Positions 39,297-49,362 of a stretch of 64,000 bases of DNA are shown here, one piece after another. Each line of letters begins with the position of its first letter. Position 1 is the stretch's first letter. A program made the translations under genes and the position numbers. The notes below the pieces were generated by a model. It saw only the letters and a program-made list of their open reading frames with translations, made no database searches and had not been told where the DNA came from. Source of the stretch: Candidatus Kapaibacterium sp. GTDB lineage: Bacteria > Patescibacteriota > Patescibacteriia > UBA9934. Location: the NCBI GenBank assembly GCA_044350705.1, contig JBILHA010000002.1:306295-370294 (forward strand), given 5' to 3'.

Positions 39297-39641
39297 ATGT
39301 TTTCTCAGCAGCATCGACTCCGTTCAGAAAAAGAAGTTCTTCGCGCTATCCGCTCGAAGCGTGGAGCTTTTGACATTGTCTGCGGGGTGAAGTTTGCAGA
39401 GAATACGGTTGGTCGTCCTCGGTTTGTCATTGTGGTGAGCACGAAGGTGAGTAAGCATGCTGTTGATCGTAATCGCGTTCGTCGGCAGTATCGGGAAATT
39501 TGTAAGGAGTTTATTCCGCTTCTTCCTTCGTGCGATATTGCACTTTTAGTTTCCAAGCCCGCACTTGAGCTCACTTTTCAAGCAAAGCGCGAGCGTTTGA
39601 AACATGTATTTCAAAAAGCAAAGATTCTTTCGTACATATGA
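39297..39641 (+). CDS. rnpA: ribonuclease P protein component
   Basis: Position immediately after rpmH. Basic RNR motif VDRNRVRRQYRE. Confidence 0.85.
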   Translation: MFSQQHRLRSEKEVLRAIRSKRGAFDIVCGVKFAENTVGRPRFVIVVSTKVSKHAVDRNRVRRQYREICKEFIPLLPSCDIALLVSKPALELTFQAKRERLKHVFQKAKILSYI

Positions 39642-39886
39642 ATCTGCGCTTTATCATGAGATCTCTGGCCGTTTTTCCTATACGAATATATCAAAAAACA
39701 CTTTCAGGAGATCATGGATTTATGAAAGTTTTTTATCCGCACGGATATTGTTGTTTTTACCCTAGTTGTTCTGAGTATACTGCGCAGGCGATTTATAAAT
39801 ATGGCGTTATACGGGGTATTTTTAAAGGGGCGTGGCGCATTCTTCATTGTCATCCGTGGTCAGCAGGAGGCATTGATGAGGTTTAG
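39638..39886 (+). CDS. yidD: membrane protein insertion efficiency factor YidD
   Basis: IRIYQKTLS...CCFYPSCSEY...HPWSAGGID signature. Start overlaps the rnpA stop. Confidence 0.9.
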   Translation: MNLRFIMRSLAVFPIRIYQKTLSGDHGFMKVFYPHGYCCFYPSCSEYTAQAIYKYGVIRGIFKGAWRILHCHPWSAGGIDEV

Positions 39887-40144
39887 CTCTTTTCAAATGT
39901 GACTATCCGGTGCTCATGGTTTTCGATGCGGTCCATGACAATACTTACGACATCTACGATTTCGCCGACAATTTCTTTTTTCATACGGTTATTTTCTTGG
40001 CGAACGTAATCGCGCATATCACGCATTTCATCTTTCAGTTCTTGTTTTGTGACAAAGGTATCTAAAAGTTCTTTTTTTATAAACTTTACATCTTTTTAAG
40101 TTAGAGACATGTTTTTTTACCGTTTATCTGAAGAAATATATCGG

Positions 40145-40873
40145 TTATGAATGAAGCTTATCATGCCCTCTCTTTCGTTTCATCCACGTTTGTTTTTCTT
40201 GAGTATCGAGACGTTCGATGGAGTAGCGAAGCATGGTGCGTGGCATGCGGTCGATGTGTTTTTTGAGAAAACTCCGGAGGATATCTTCGTCTTTTTTTCC
40301 TACTTCGCGAAGCATCCAGCCGCATGCTTTGTGCATGAGGTCGTGGGTCTCGGTGAGGAAGATTTCGCAGATTTGAAGCGTATCTTTGCAGTCATTTTGG
40401 CGAATGAAATAAAAGGTTGCAATGATCGCAACACGCTTCTTCCAGAGATTTTTTGATGCCGCCAAGGAATAGAGATCTTTACGATCTCTTTTTTCAAGAT
40501 GCATTCCCACGATGTAAGCTGCGCTTGTATCCACGAGATCCCAGTTATTGATGCCTTTTCCACTTTGTTTTAGATAAAGCGTGTAGATTTTTTCTCGTTC
40601 TTTTTCATCTCGTTTTTTGTAGCGATTTACAAGAAGAATGACTGCAAGGAGTCGTTCTTCATGCCAGGGAGACGCAAGAAGTATTTCTATTTCATTCAAA
40701 GAGAGCTTTTCGCATTGTTTTGTAAAGAGACGAGTAGCTGGGACGGTAATACCAAGGAATTTATCCCCTTCCCCGTATTCTCCTTTTTTTGTTTTAAAAA
40801 AACGTGCATTTGTGTTTGCACGATCTTCATTTCCTAATTTTCGAAATTCGTTTTGTATTTCCTGAAGAGTCAT
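40145..40873 (-). CDS. DNA alkylation repair protein (AlkD/AlkC-like HEAT-repeat glycosylase family)
   Basis: DNA_alkylation family pattern, alignable over the full length (..NARFFKT..GVKVPATR.. WDLVDTSA..). Confidence 0.75.
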   Translation of the reverse strand: MTLQEIQNEFRKLGNEDRANTNARFFKTKKGEYGEGDKFLGITVPATRLFTKQCEKLSLNEIEILLASPWHEERLLAVILLVNRYKKRDEKEREKIYTLYLKQSGKGINNWDLVDTSAAYIVGMHLEKRDRKDLYSLAASKNLWKKRVAIIATFYFIRQNDCKDTLQICEIFLTETHDLMHKACGWMLREVGKKDEDILRSFLKKHIDRMPRTMLRYSIERLDTQEKQTWMKRKRGHDKLHS

Positions 40874-41127
40874 ATTTCTTGAATTTCGATGAGTTTTTTC
40901 TTTCCTGTAATTCCCTGTTTTATTTTAATATGCGATTGGGGAACTTTGAAAAATTGAGCAAGCGCCTGTACTACGGCTTCATTTGCCTTGCCGTCTTGAG
41001 GTGGTGATTTTACCTGTACGAGTAGCTTTCCTGATAAAGGCATGATAACCATTGTTTTCTTTGCATTAGGTTTTACCGTTACCATGTATTTCATATGTGA
41101 TGTAAAATGGACGGATTTTCTTTCCAT
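40870..41127 (-). CDS. YggU/DUF167 family protein
   Basis: VKPNAKK...L.V.V...P.DGKAN.A....A..F.V....I.I..G..G..K pattern. Confidence 0.7.
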   Translation of the reverse strand: MERKSVHFTSHMKYMVTVKPNAKKTMVIMPLSGKLLVQVKSPPQDGKANEAVVQALAQFFKVPQSHIKIKQGITGKKKLIEIQEI

Positions 41128-41183
41128 GCGCCTTTTTGATCATGTTCCAAGATGATTTCATGATGGCAACGTGATTCAAAGTT

Positions 41184-42032
41184 TTATCCACGATATTTCT
41201 TAAGAAGTGCTATGTCTTCCTCGCGACTCCCCTTTTCTTCTTCACCGGTAAAGGGGGTTTCGAGAATAAGGTCGATGTGTTGGAGTTTTGGGTGTTCGAC
41301 GATGTATTTAAAGGCATCGACGCCAATGAATCCATGACCGAGATGTTGATGGCGGTCTTTGTGAGCTTCGAACTCTACTTTGGAATCGTTACAGTGACTT
41401 GCGACGAGTTTTTTTAGGCCTACCGTATCGTCAAAAGCTTTAAAGGTTGCGTCGACGGCTTCTTTGGTTCGCAGATCGTAGCCTGAAGCAAAGGCATGTT
41501 GCGTATCAAAACAAACGCCAATTTCTTTTCCTCGCTCGGCTTTATTTAGGAATTCAGCAATTTCTTCAAATTGGTCTCCCATCACCTCTCCTGCTCCCGC
41601 TGAGATCTCAATGAGTAATTGACAGGTACCTTCGTAGCCGTCCATGATGCGGTCGAGGCCTTTGACAACCATGCTTATTCCTTCTTCGCGTCCCACCTCT
41701 TTTGCTGATCCCGGATGGAACATGATGGCTTTGGCGCCGAGTTGTGTTCCGCGTTCAAGTTCTTCGCGAAGGATTTTTACTGACCCGAAGCGGGTGGTAT
41801 TTTTTGCTGAGGCGAGATTGATGATATAGGGGGCGTGAATATAGACATCGTGAATGTCGTTCTCCTTCATGGATACTTTGAATTTCTCTGCATCCTCGTC
41901 GGTGATGGGTTTTGCGGCAAATGTTTGCGGGGAGCGTGAAAAGATTTGGATGACTTCACATCCGAGTTCTTTTCCTGCCTTTCCTGCTTTCCACAGGCCT
42001 CCTGCTGCTGAAACGTGGGCGCCAAATCGCAT
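41184..42032 (-). CDS. nfo: deoxyribonuclease IV (endonuclease IV, AP endonuclease family 2)
   Basis: MRFGAHVSAAGG...HAPYIINLAS...FHPGS...the metal-binding His/Glu pattern. Confidence 0.9.
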   Translation of the reverse strand: MRFGAHVSAAGGLWKAGKAGKELGCEVIQIFSRSPQTFAAKPITDEDAEKFKVSMKENDIHDVYIHAPYIINLASAKNTTRFGSVKILREELERGTQLGAKAIMFHPGSAKEVGREEGISMVVKGLDRIMDGYEGTCQLLIEISAGAGEVMGDQFEEIAEFLNKAERGKEIGVCFDTQHAFASGYDLRTKEAVDATFKAFDDTVGLKKLVASHCNDSKVEFEAHKDRHQHLGHGFIGVDAFKYIVEHPKLQHIDLILETPFTGEEEKGSREEDIALLKKYRG

Positions 42033-42034
42033 AA

Positions 42035-42604
42035 TTACGTGATATGAAGGTGTTTTTTTATTTCTGTGAGCATTTTTTCTCCTTTGAATTTATTGACGGT
42101 GCTCATGAGTATTTCTTCTCCTTTGGGATGCTTGAGTACGATGAATGTTGTTGTATTGTCCGCTCCTCCGTAGGTCATCTCCAGTCTCATCTCATCAAAG
42201 GTTGTTAGTTTTTCTTCTTGGAGTCCTTGTTGTTTTATAACGGTTTTTTGTGCGGCATCGAGGATGATCAGGGTGTCGTTGGGATGAATACCTCCTTGCT
42301 CTTTGCGGATATCTTGAGCTACCTTCCCTTTATAGAGCATGATTGCTCCTATCACTGCGAGAAGAAGTGGAAGGATATTTCCGGGGGATAGTGCTAGTCC
42401 TTCCTCGGCATACTTGCTTATGGTGTATATGCCGATGAGTTGATATGCTCCTAGCCCGAACATGACCGCTCCAAAAATAAGTGCAAAGACTGAATCAGCG
42501 GGACGTACTCGATGAGCAATGAGAGAATTGCCGTTTTTATAAAGTCCTGGGCGGATTTTTTCCCAGCCGATCATGCTTTGGATCATATGGGCGCATTGTA
42601 ACAA
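42035..42604 (-). CDS. hypothetical membrane protein (two TM helices plus a cytoplasmic domain)
   Basis: Hydrophobic segments FALIFGAVMFGLGAYQLIGIY and ILPLLLAVIGAIMLY. No motif recognised. Confidence 0.45.
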   Translation of the reverse strand: MLQCAHMIQSMIGWEKIRPGLYKNGNSLIAHRVRPADSVFALIFGAVMFGLGAYQLIGIYTISKYAEEGLALSPGNILPLLLAVIGAIMLYKGKVAQDIRKEQGGIHPNDTLIILDAAQKTVIKQQGLQEEKLTTFDEMRLEMTYGGADNTTTFIVLKHPKGEEILMSTVNKFKGEKMLTEIKKHLHIT

Positions 42605-42635
42605 ACCCCTCGGAAGGGATGCCGAGGGGTTTGCA

Positions 42636-43925
42636 TTATTTCACCATGGTTTTCTTGAGGAAGTCGATTATCTTGCGGTTTACCAACTGGTTTTCGATAC
42701 GATCGCGGTATTGGGGGGAGTATACGCGTTCTTTTGCTTCCGGATCTTTTGCGACCATTTCTGCAATACGATCGAGTTCTGCATCTACTTCTTTTTCATC
42801 GACTCCAATCTTTTCCTTTTTTGCGATTTCTTTAATGACCAACGCAACTTTGATGCGAGTAATAGCTTGTGGGGTGAAATCAAGCTTCATGTCCGTAATG
42901 GATTTTCCAATGGATTTGAGATATTCATTAAATTCCATGCCATTGTCCGTTACCCATACACGAAGTTCTTGGATCATTTTATCTATTTCTTGATTTACCA
43001 AAATTTCGTTGATTTCTTCGAAAGATGACTTTTCTGCAATAAGCTCAAGAACTGCTTTTTCCTGGCGACGATCTTCTTCGTTTTTTCGTTCTTGGCTCAG
43101 GTTTTCCTTCAATTTTCCTTCCAGTTTTGTCGCACTTTCCATGCCAAGTGCTTTTGCAAAAGCGTCATCGAGTTCTGGGGTTTCAACTGCGAAGATCTCG
43201 TTGAGTTTTACTGAAAACTCTACGTCGCTTCCTGCGAGGTGTTTTTGGTAGTGATCCTCAGGGAATTTAAGGGTGAATGTGCGTTCGTCCCCTTCTGCGG
43301 CACCGAGCATTGCTTCAACGAAGCCGGGAATGTAATGGGGCTCATTGGTGTAGATGCCGTGATTTTTTGCATCTCCCCCCTCGATCGTCACGCCATCTTT
43401 TTTCATGGAGAGATCTACGACTGCCTTGTGTCCTTTTTCTAGTTTTGTTCCGTTTTCTGCACGCACTTCGGTTTGGCGCATGCGCTGCAAGTCGCGTTTT
43501 GCCTGCGCAAAGAGTTCCTCAGAAGGTTCGGTACTTTCTGCATTTACGGTAAGTGCGTTGTAATCGGCGAGTTTGGTTACTGCTGGCATGAGTGCGATTT
43601 CTGCGGTGAAGACGAGATCGTTGTCAGGTGCCATTTTTTCTACCGTAAAATAGGGAGATCCTACGATATCGAGATCTTCCGCGATGAGTGCTTCGGTTAG
43701 TGCGGCACGAATAAGTTCTTCGGCGGCATGTTCAAGGAGCGCCATTTCGCCCAGTTTTGCTTTTACCGCTGCATAAGGCGCGTGTCCCTTGCGGAATCCC
43801 GGGATTGTCACGTTTTCTCCCATGTGTTCTGCGGCGTGCTGCATTCCTGCTTCAACTTGTTCCTTGGGAATGGTGATGTGAATTTTTACGGACTGCTTCT
43901 CTGTTTTTTCAATAGTGTATGACAT
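42636..43925 (-). CDS. tig: trigger factor (ribosome-associated chaperone/PPIase)
   Basis: N-terminal ribosome-binding GFRKGHAP motif, central FKBP-like domain, C-terminal arm domain. Confidence 0.9.
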   Translation of the reverse strand: MSYTIEKTEKQSVKIHITIPKEQVEAGMQHAAEHMGENVTIPGFRKGHAPYAAVKAKLGEMALLEHAAEELIRAALTEALIAEDLDIVGSPYFTVEKMAPDNDLVFTAEIALMPAVTKLADYNALTVNAESTEPSEELFAQAKRDLQRMRQTEVRAENGTKLEKGHKAVVDLSMKKDGVTIEGGDAKNHGIYTNEPHYIPGFVEAMLGAAEGDERTFTLKFPEDHYQKHLAGSDVEFSVKLNEIFAVETPELDDAFAKALGMESATKLEGKLKENLSQERKNEEDRRQEKAVLELIAEKSSFEEINEILVNQEIDKMIQELRVWVTDNGMEFNEYLKSIGKSITDMKLDFTPQAITRIKVALVIKEIAKKEKIGVDEKEVDAELDRIAEMVAKDPEAKERVYSPQYRDRIENQLVNRKIIDFLKKTMVK

Positions 43926-44019
43926 AGTGAGGTCAAAAGAGGGTGAAGAAGAGAACGGATAACATGTTTTTTATGAGACTGCGGGAGTATACGGGAGCTT
44001 TTCCGGGCAGTCAAAGTCT

Positions 44020-45504
44020 TTGGCTAAGGTTTGCTCTTTTTTCCTCTTTTTTCTTGTGAGTTGCGCGAAAACGGGGTATACTCTTTCCCGTATGCCCTCT
44101 CGTCCGTCACTTGCGGTACGTCTAGGACTTTTCTTGGTGCGCACACTTCTTTTCTTTAAAGCAGCGCTTCTTCGCTTTTTCCAGGCGCTTATTCCTTTTT
44201 TTCGACGAGTAGGAAAGCTTTTTTTTAAGCTTCTTGTTCCGGGTTATCGCGTGTTCTTTTTTGCAAGACGCAACATGAGCGCCGTATATCGGCCGGTCAA
44301 GAATAGGCTCATGTATATTGTCAGCAACCGGTATTCTTTTTATGTGCTTGTTGTCCTTATTGCAGTTATTGGGGGTGTGACGAATATTCAGGTGAACGCC
44401 GTACGTGCTGAAGTAGATGAGATTGGCCAGCGGAGTATTTTATACGCCCTTGCGACGAATGAGCGCATGGAGTTTGTAGAAGAATACAGCGATCCTAAAG
44501 ATGCTCGTTCCTATGTTGTCTCCTCTCCTTCTCAGGAAGGGGGTGTTCTTGCGGGATCATTTGTACAGAGTACTCATGACACGCTTGCGCTTGAAAGTTC
44601 TCCTGGTCTGTTTAGGGCTGATGGGGCGTTTGCACTGAGTGATCCTGGCGCTCCAGGTGAAGACCCATCATCGCCTGCCTCTTCTCTTGTTGCTGCATCT
44701 CCTGCTCGTACTGAGATTACTACGTATGCTGTAGAAAGTGGAGATACGCTCTCTACTATCGCAGAGAAGTTTGATATTAATTTGAATACGCTTCTTTGGG
44801 CGAATAATCTTACCGTTCGTTCAGTGTTGAAGCCGGGTCAAGAGCTCACGATTTTACCGGTTTCAGGGGTGGTACACACGGTGAAGAGCGGAGATACGCT
44901 TTTGGCTATTGCGAAGAAGTACAATGTTGATTCCTCAACGATTGCTTCTTATAACAATTTTGACGATGGTGGGTCGCTCCAAATTGGACAGCGATTTATT
45001 ATTCCTGGAGGTGTCATTACGGCAACCACTCCCCGTACTACTACTGCTACCGTTGCTGTAAAAGATATCTTTACGTCAGCTCCTTCGGGAAGTCAGGGGA
45101 GCACGACGCCTTCCGCAGGTGCGTCCATGGTATGGCCTACAGATTTGCCTACTTTAGTGCGCGGAATGAGTTGGTTCCATACTGGATATGATATTGACTG
45201 TAATGGTCGCGCGAATGGAACTTCTACCAATGACAACTATGCTGCTGATGGAGGGGTGGTACTTTTCGCGGGTTCAAAGCGAGGATATGGGAATACGGTG
45301 GAGATTGATCACGGAAATGGACTCATCACTCGGTATGGACATTTCTACTCTCTCTATGTGGAGTCTGGCCAGACAGTAAGTGCCGGTGACCCGCTTGGAA
45401 GATGTGGATCGACGGGAAATTCTACCGGTACTCACCTTCACTTTGAGGTCATCGATTCTTCTACAAAGAAATTCCTCAACCCTGCAAATTATATTCGTTA
45501 CTAA
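44020..45504 (+). CDS. membrane-anchored peptidoglycan hydrolase with two LysM domains and a C-terminal M23 peptidase domain
   Basis: LysM repeats (YAVESGDTLSTIAEKF..., HTVKSGDTLLAIAKKY...). M23 HxxxD/HxH motifs (VEIDHGNGLITRYGH, THLHFEV). Start uncertain; alternative Mets at 44089 (MPSRPSL) and 44284 (MSAVYRPV). Confidence 0.8.
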   Translation: MAKVCSFFLFFLVSCAKTGYTLSRMPSRPSLAVRLGLFLVRTLLFFKAALLRFFQALIPFFRRVGKLFFKLLVPGYRVFFFARRNMSAVYRPVKNRLMYIVSNRYSFYVLVVLIAVIGGVTNIQVNAVRAEVDEIGQRSILYALATNERMEFVEEYSDPKDARSYVVSSPSQEGGVLAGSFVQSTHDTLALESSPGLFRADGAFALSDPGAPGEDPSSPASSLVAASPARTEITTYAVESGDTLSTIAEKFDINLNTLLWANNLTVRSVLKPGQELTILPVSGVVHTVKSGDTLLAIAKKYNVDSSTIASYNNFDDGGSLQIGQRFIIPGGVITATTPRTTTATVAVKDIFTSAPSGSQGSTTPSAGASMVWPTDLPTLVRGMSWFHTGYDIDCNGRANGTSTNDNYAADGGVVLFAGSKRGYGNTVEIDHGNGLITRYGHFYSLYVESGQTVSAGDPLGRCGSTGNSTGTHLHFEVIDSSTKKFLNPANYIRY

Positions 45505-47003
45505 GTACGTATAAGAAGCCTTGAGCGATAGCTCAGGGCTTCGCTTATATGTTCTGCGGTTACGTTTTCTTTATTCTCCAAGTCGGCGATGGTTCTGCTT
45601 ACCCGCAAGAGTCGTGCATATCCTCTTCCTGAGAGTTGAAAGCGATCTATGGCTTTTGCAGCAAGTTCTTTTGCGCTTGCGTCGAGGTTTGCGAGCTTTT
45701 CATAGAGTACTAAGTTATTTTGTGTTGTTTGGAATCGATGGTGTTGTTTTTCCCGTATGCAGGAAAGGTGTTCCTTGGTTGGCCAAGGTGTTAGGGGTTC
45801 GTTTTGCACAAGTTCATCTGCAGGGATACGGGGAAGATCAATGAAGATATCTATTCGGTCGAGAAGTGGCCCTGAAATACGTTCTTGATAGCGTTTCATT
45901 TTTCTTTGATCGCAGATACATGCTTTTGCGGGATCATTGAAATATCCGCAAGGACAAGGATTCATAGCGCAGATAAGGTGTACATTTGCGGGAAAGCAAG
46001 CGTGCCCGGATGCTCGGGCGATGTGAACCTCCTTCGCCTCTAATGGCTCACGTAAAGCTTCAAGCGATTTTTGGGGAAACTCTGGAAGTTCATCGAGGAA
46101 GAGGATGCCGTAGTGCGCGAGGCTTATTTCACCTGGAGTAATGGAGGCTCCCCCTCCAATGAGTGCAGCGGCGCTGGTGTGGTGATGTGGAGCGCGAAAG
46201 GGACGTGCGTAAGAGAGTCCGTATACCTTTTCTTTGTGAAGCGATCTTATTGAAGCTAGTTCGATCGCTTCTTCGAAAGAGAGCGGAGGAAGGAGGTGTT
46301 GGGCGGTTTTTGCAAGGAGTGTTTTTCCGCTGCCGGGAGGTCCGATGAAAAGGGTTGGATGCATTCCGGCGCATGCGATCAGCAGCGCGCGCTTGGCCAG
46401 ATGATGCCCGCGAATTGCGTGAAGAGGGTGAGAAGATGATTCGTTTTCTTGCGAAATGATGGGTTGTGAGGATTTTTTGAAAGGAAGTGTTTTTTGAGAA
46501 ATGAGGGCAATGAGTTCTTTGAGATTGCTGCATGCATGTACGGAGATGTTTGGAATGACTTCGAGGATACGTGCATCATCTGGAGCAACGATGATATGTT
46601 GAATGCCTTTCTTTTTTGCGTAAAGCGCAAGAGGAATGCTTCCTCGTACTGGCCGAAGTTCTCCAGATAAGCCTAGTTCTGCACAGATTAATATCTTATC
46701 GAGGTGGGCTGTGATGATTTGTTCTTCTGCGGCAAGAAGCGCTAATGCAATCGCCGCATCATGATGTGACCCCTGCTTTCTTTCATGTGCTGGTGCGAGA
46801 TTTACGGTAATGACGGTTTTTGGAAGAGCGTAGCCGCTGTTTTGGAGTGCGGATCGTATTCGTTCTTTTGATTCTTGTACGGCAGCGTCGGGTAATCCGA
46901 CAATTGAGAAACGGGGAAGGCCGAAAGAAATATCCACTTCGATTTGTACTGGTTGTCCTTCTATTCCTTGAATTGTTGCGCTTGATAAAGAAAAAAATCC
47001 CAT
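45501..47003 (-). CDS. YifB/ComM family Mg-chelatase-like AAA+ ATPase
   Basis: N-terminal Lon-like domain, Walker A GPPGSGKT, ChlI-type C-terminal domain. Start taken at the internal Met to avoid overlap with lspA. Confidence 0.85.
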   Translation of the reverse strand: MGFFSLSSATIQGIEGQPVQIEVDISFGLPRFSIVGLPDAAVQESKERIRSALQNSGYALPKTVITVNLAPAHERKQGSHHDAAIALALLAAEEQIITAHLDKILICAELGLSGELRPVRGSIPLALYAKKKGIQHIIVAPDDARILEVIPNISVHACSNLKELIALISQKTLPFKKSSQPIISQENESSSHPLHAIRGHHLAKRALLIACAGMHPTLFIGPPGSGKTLLAKTAQHLLPPLSFEEAIELASIRSLHKEKVYGLSYARPFRAPHHHTSAAALIGGGASITPGEISLAHYGILFLDELPEFPQKSLEALREPLEAKEVHIARASGHACFPANVHLICAMNPCPCGYFNDPAKACICDQRKMKRYQERISGPLLDRIDIFIDLPRIPADELVQNEPLTPWPTKEHLSCIREKQHHRFQTTQNNLVLYEKLANLDASAKELAAKAIDRFQLSGRGYARLLRVSRTIADLENKENVTAEHISEALSYRSRLLIRT

Positions 47004-47047
47004 ACATGATGGGGAGTATAGGAGGGCGAATGAGGCGAGGAAGGGTT

Positions 47048-47548
47048 TTATGTGTTTTGGTTTGCTGAAACCTCCTCTTGTCTGTCTGCTTGTTGATAGT
47101 ACCACGCGCAATATCCGATGCCGGTGATAATCAGGAGATCGGCAATATTTATTGCAGATCGTGAAAAGAGAATGAAGTAATCGGTTGTGTATCCTGTGAG
47201 GAGGCGATCAAAGAAATTACTTCCTGCTCCAACGATTGCTGCCGTGAGTGCTATTTTTAGCGTTTGATTTTTTACTGTTATCCAGGAGTATATAAATGCA
47301 ATGATGAGTCCCCCGGTAATGATTAGTGTAAGGGTTTGTGGGAGGGGGATGCTAAATGCAATACCTGGATTTGCAAAGTATGCGAGCGTGAGAAATGAAG
47401 TATTTACCGATGGAAGATTTCCTTGCAGCGCAAAAAGCTTCATGAGGATATCTGCACAGGCAAAAAAAAGGACGCATCCATAAAGAATGCGTTCATTTTT
47501 TTTTGAGAGGTTAGACCTCTTGTGTGAGGGTTCGTTTGCAGGCAACAC
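47048..47548 (-). CDS. lspA: lipoprotein signal peptidase II
   Basis: Four TM helices, NPGIAFS and FDRL...D motifs. Confidence 0.85.
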   Translation of the reverse strand: MLPANEPSHKRSNLSKKNERILYGCVLFFACADILMKLFALQGNLPSVNTSFLTLAYFANPGIAFSIPLPQTLTLIITGGLIIAFIYSWITVKNQTLKIALTAAIVGAGSNFFDRLLTGYTTDYFILFSRSAINIADLLIITGIGYCAWYYQQADRQEEVSANQNT

Positions 47549-47909
47549 ACGATGTTGAGGTTGGTCGAATGCGAAGACGTGCTTCGTCGATAGACTGCTT
47601 ACAGTATTTGCACATTCCGTATTCGCCTTTTTCGAGCGCTTTGAGCGCTCCTTCTACGTCTTTTAATGCGCGGTTAATTTCCTCTTCCAGGGAAAGATCG
47701 TCTCCAAGCTGGGCGATGCGTTCTGCGCTTTCTCCTTCATCTGCGCCGACGTCGCTCATTGCTTCCTCGGCTTTTGCGGGGTCGCGGTGCGAAAAGCTGG
47801 CGAGCTCTTTTTCGAGGCGTTCACGTTCCTCGATGAGGAGTGTTTTCATTTCTTCTATAAATGCTGCTGAAAGAGCTTGTTTTACCATAGAGAGGGAGAT
47901 ATTTCTCAT
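47511..47909 (-). CDS. DksA/TraR family C4-type zinc-finger protein
   Basis: Coiled-coil N-terminus, C-terminal CKYC...CVAC zinc finger. Confidence 0.8.
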   Translation of the reverse strand: MRNISLSMVKQALSAAFIEEMKTLLIEERERLEKELASFSHRDPAKAEEAMSDVGADEGESAERIAQLGDDLSLEEEINRALKDVEGALKALEKGEYGMCKYCKQSIDEARLRIRPTSTSCVACKRTLTQEV

Positions 47910-48276
47910 ACAATACGTAAGAATGAAAAAAAAGAAAAGAGCATATCCTCCAAGAGAGATTGCCTATGCGGCGCGAGTCTCTTTGGGGAATGATCTTTCT
48001 TTCTGATGCGCGACAAGGGAGGAGAGATGTTGGGAGGAAAACACGAATATATCCTGTTTTTTTCACAACATATCTTCATCCTTTGTGGGCCATCGTGCGG
48101 TATCGCAAAGCCTTATGATGGGAACGTGCATTTCTTTCTTGCCGCTTTTTTCATGCAAACAATCCTCATGATCTCGCTCTGCGTGCGTAGCGTGCTCGAC
48201 TTTTCATTGTCCAACACGTGTTGCCACACCAAACGGAGTTTTCGAAAGAACGATTACATCAAAATTGTAACATACT

Positions 48277-49359
48277 TTATTTATTGAAAATGGTGAGGGT
48301 GTTTTCCTTTGCGAATATTTTTTTTCCAAAGTGGGCAAGAGTTTTTGGAGCGTGTTTTTTTTCGGCTGGCACTCTTTGCAATTCTGCGCTCCAGTATGGA
48401 GTCATGGATGCCCATTCCGTTGGCGCGGTGCTGATCAGCGTGTAGCCTTGTTCTGTTTTGATATACCCCACTTCTTCTCCTTTGTTTATATGGGCTGTTC
48501 TTTCTTCTTCTGGTGGGGTGAGGCTAATTACTGCGTGTGTCTGTGCAGTATATGAAATGTCATCCTCTCTCATTTTTTTTTCTTCTCCGAGAGGTACATT
48601 TCCGATGTCATAGAGTAGTGCGGTAATGAACTCGTCTGTTGTTTCTCCTTCAATAACTGTCGCAAATGCTGATTCTCCATTTTCTTGCCAGGAGAAAAAG
48701 GCCACTCCTTTTTGACGGCTGAGTAGATCGTGTGCGCCTTGCCATTGTGCAGAGAATGGTAGCGGTGTTTCTTGTGGGGTAATTGGGAGCGCACTTATCC
48801 CTTCTTTTTGGGGCCAAGGAATTTGTTCTGCGGGAGTAAGATCTTTTGGAAAGGTGATGCTTAATCCATTTTCTTGGAGCGCTACAGGAAATGTTGCTTC
48901 GTGTGCCCAGGCCCATACGGTTGGGAGCGTGAGTGGGAAGAATGCATTTTTTTGCTGCTCTTGGGTTGTTTCACAAGAAAATGCAGCATTCACGTTGTTT
49001 GCTTCCCTCCCATTTTTGCCTATCAAGGAAATGTGCATCTCCCCACTTTTATCGGTTATGACTAGCCAGGTTGGTTGTTTTTTTGTAATTAGCGTTGCGA
49101 GATTCAAGGGACATTCTTCAGAGAGCATGAGATTTTGGGTGTGGGTTGCGATCCAGAGGGTATTTTCTGGCGTCAGACGAATGGCGATTCCTGAATCTGT
49201 TGCAAAACGAGGCACGGTTATTCCTACAAAGAGTCGTTTTGCAGTGCTCCATCCTATGCATATTCCGAGAAGCAGGATCCCCAAAAACACACCGACCCGC
49301 CAGGTGAGCCGGCGGGTTGGGTGAGCGGTGTTCAGTGGGATATTTGCATTGAGGATCAC
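48277..49359 (-). CDS. hypothetical membrane-anchored/secreted protein
   Basis: N-terminal TM/signal segment (VGVFLGILLLGICIGW), 360 aa, no motif recognised. Confidence 0.45.
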   Translation of the reverse strand: MILNANIPLNTAHPTRRLTWRVGVFLGILLLGICIGWSTAKRLFVGITVPRFATDSGIAIRLTPENTLWIATHTQNLMLSEECPLNLATLITKKQPTWLVITDKSGEMHISLIGKNGREANNVNAAFSCETTQEQQKNAFFPLTLPTVWAWAHEATFPVALQENGLSITFPKDLTPAEQIPWPQKEGISALPITPQETPLPFSAQWQGAHDLLSRQKGVAFFSWQENGESAFATVIEGETTDEFITALLYDIGNVPLGEEKKMREDDISYTAQTHAVISLTPPEEERTAHINKGEEVGYIKTEQGYTLISTAPTEWASMTPYWSAELQRVPAEKKHAPKTLAHFGKKIFAKENTLTIFNK

Positions 49360-49362
49360 AGG

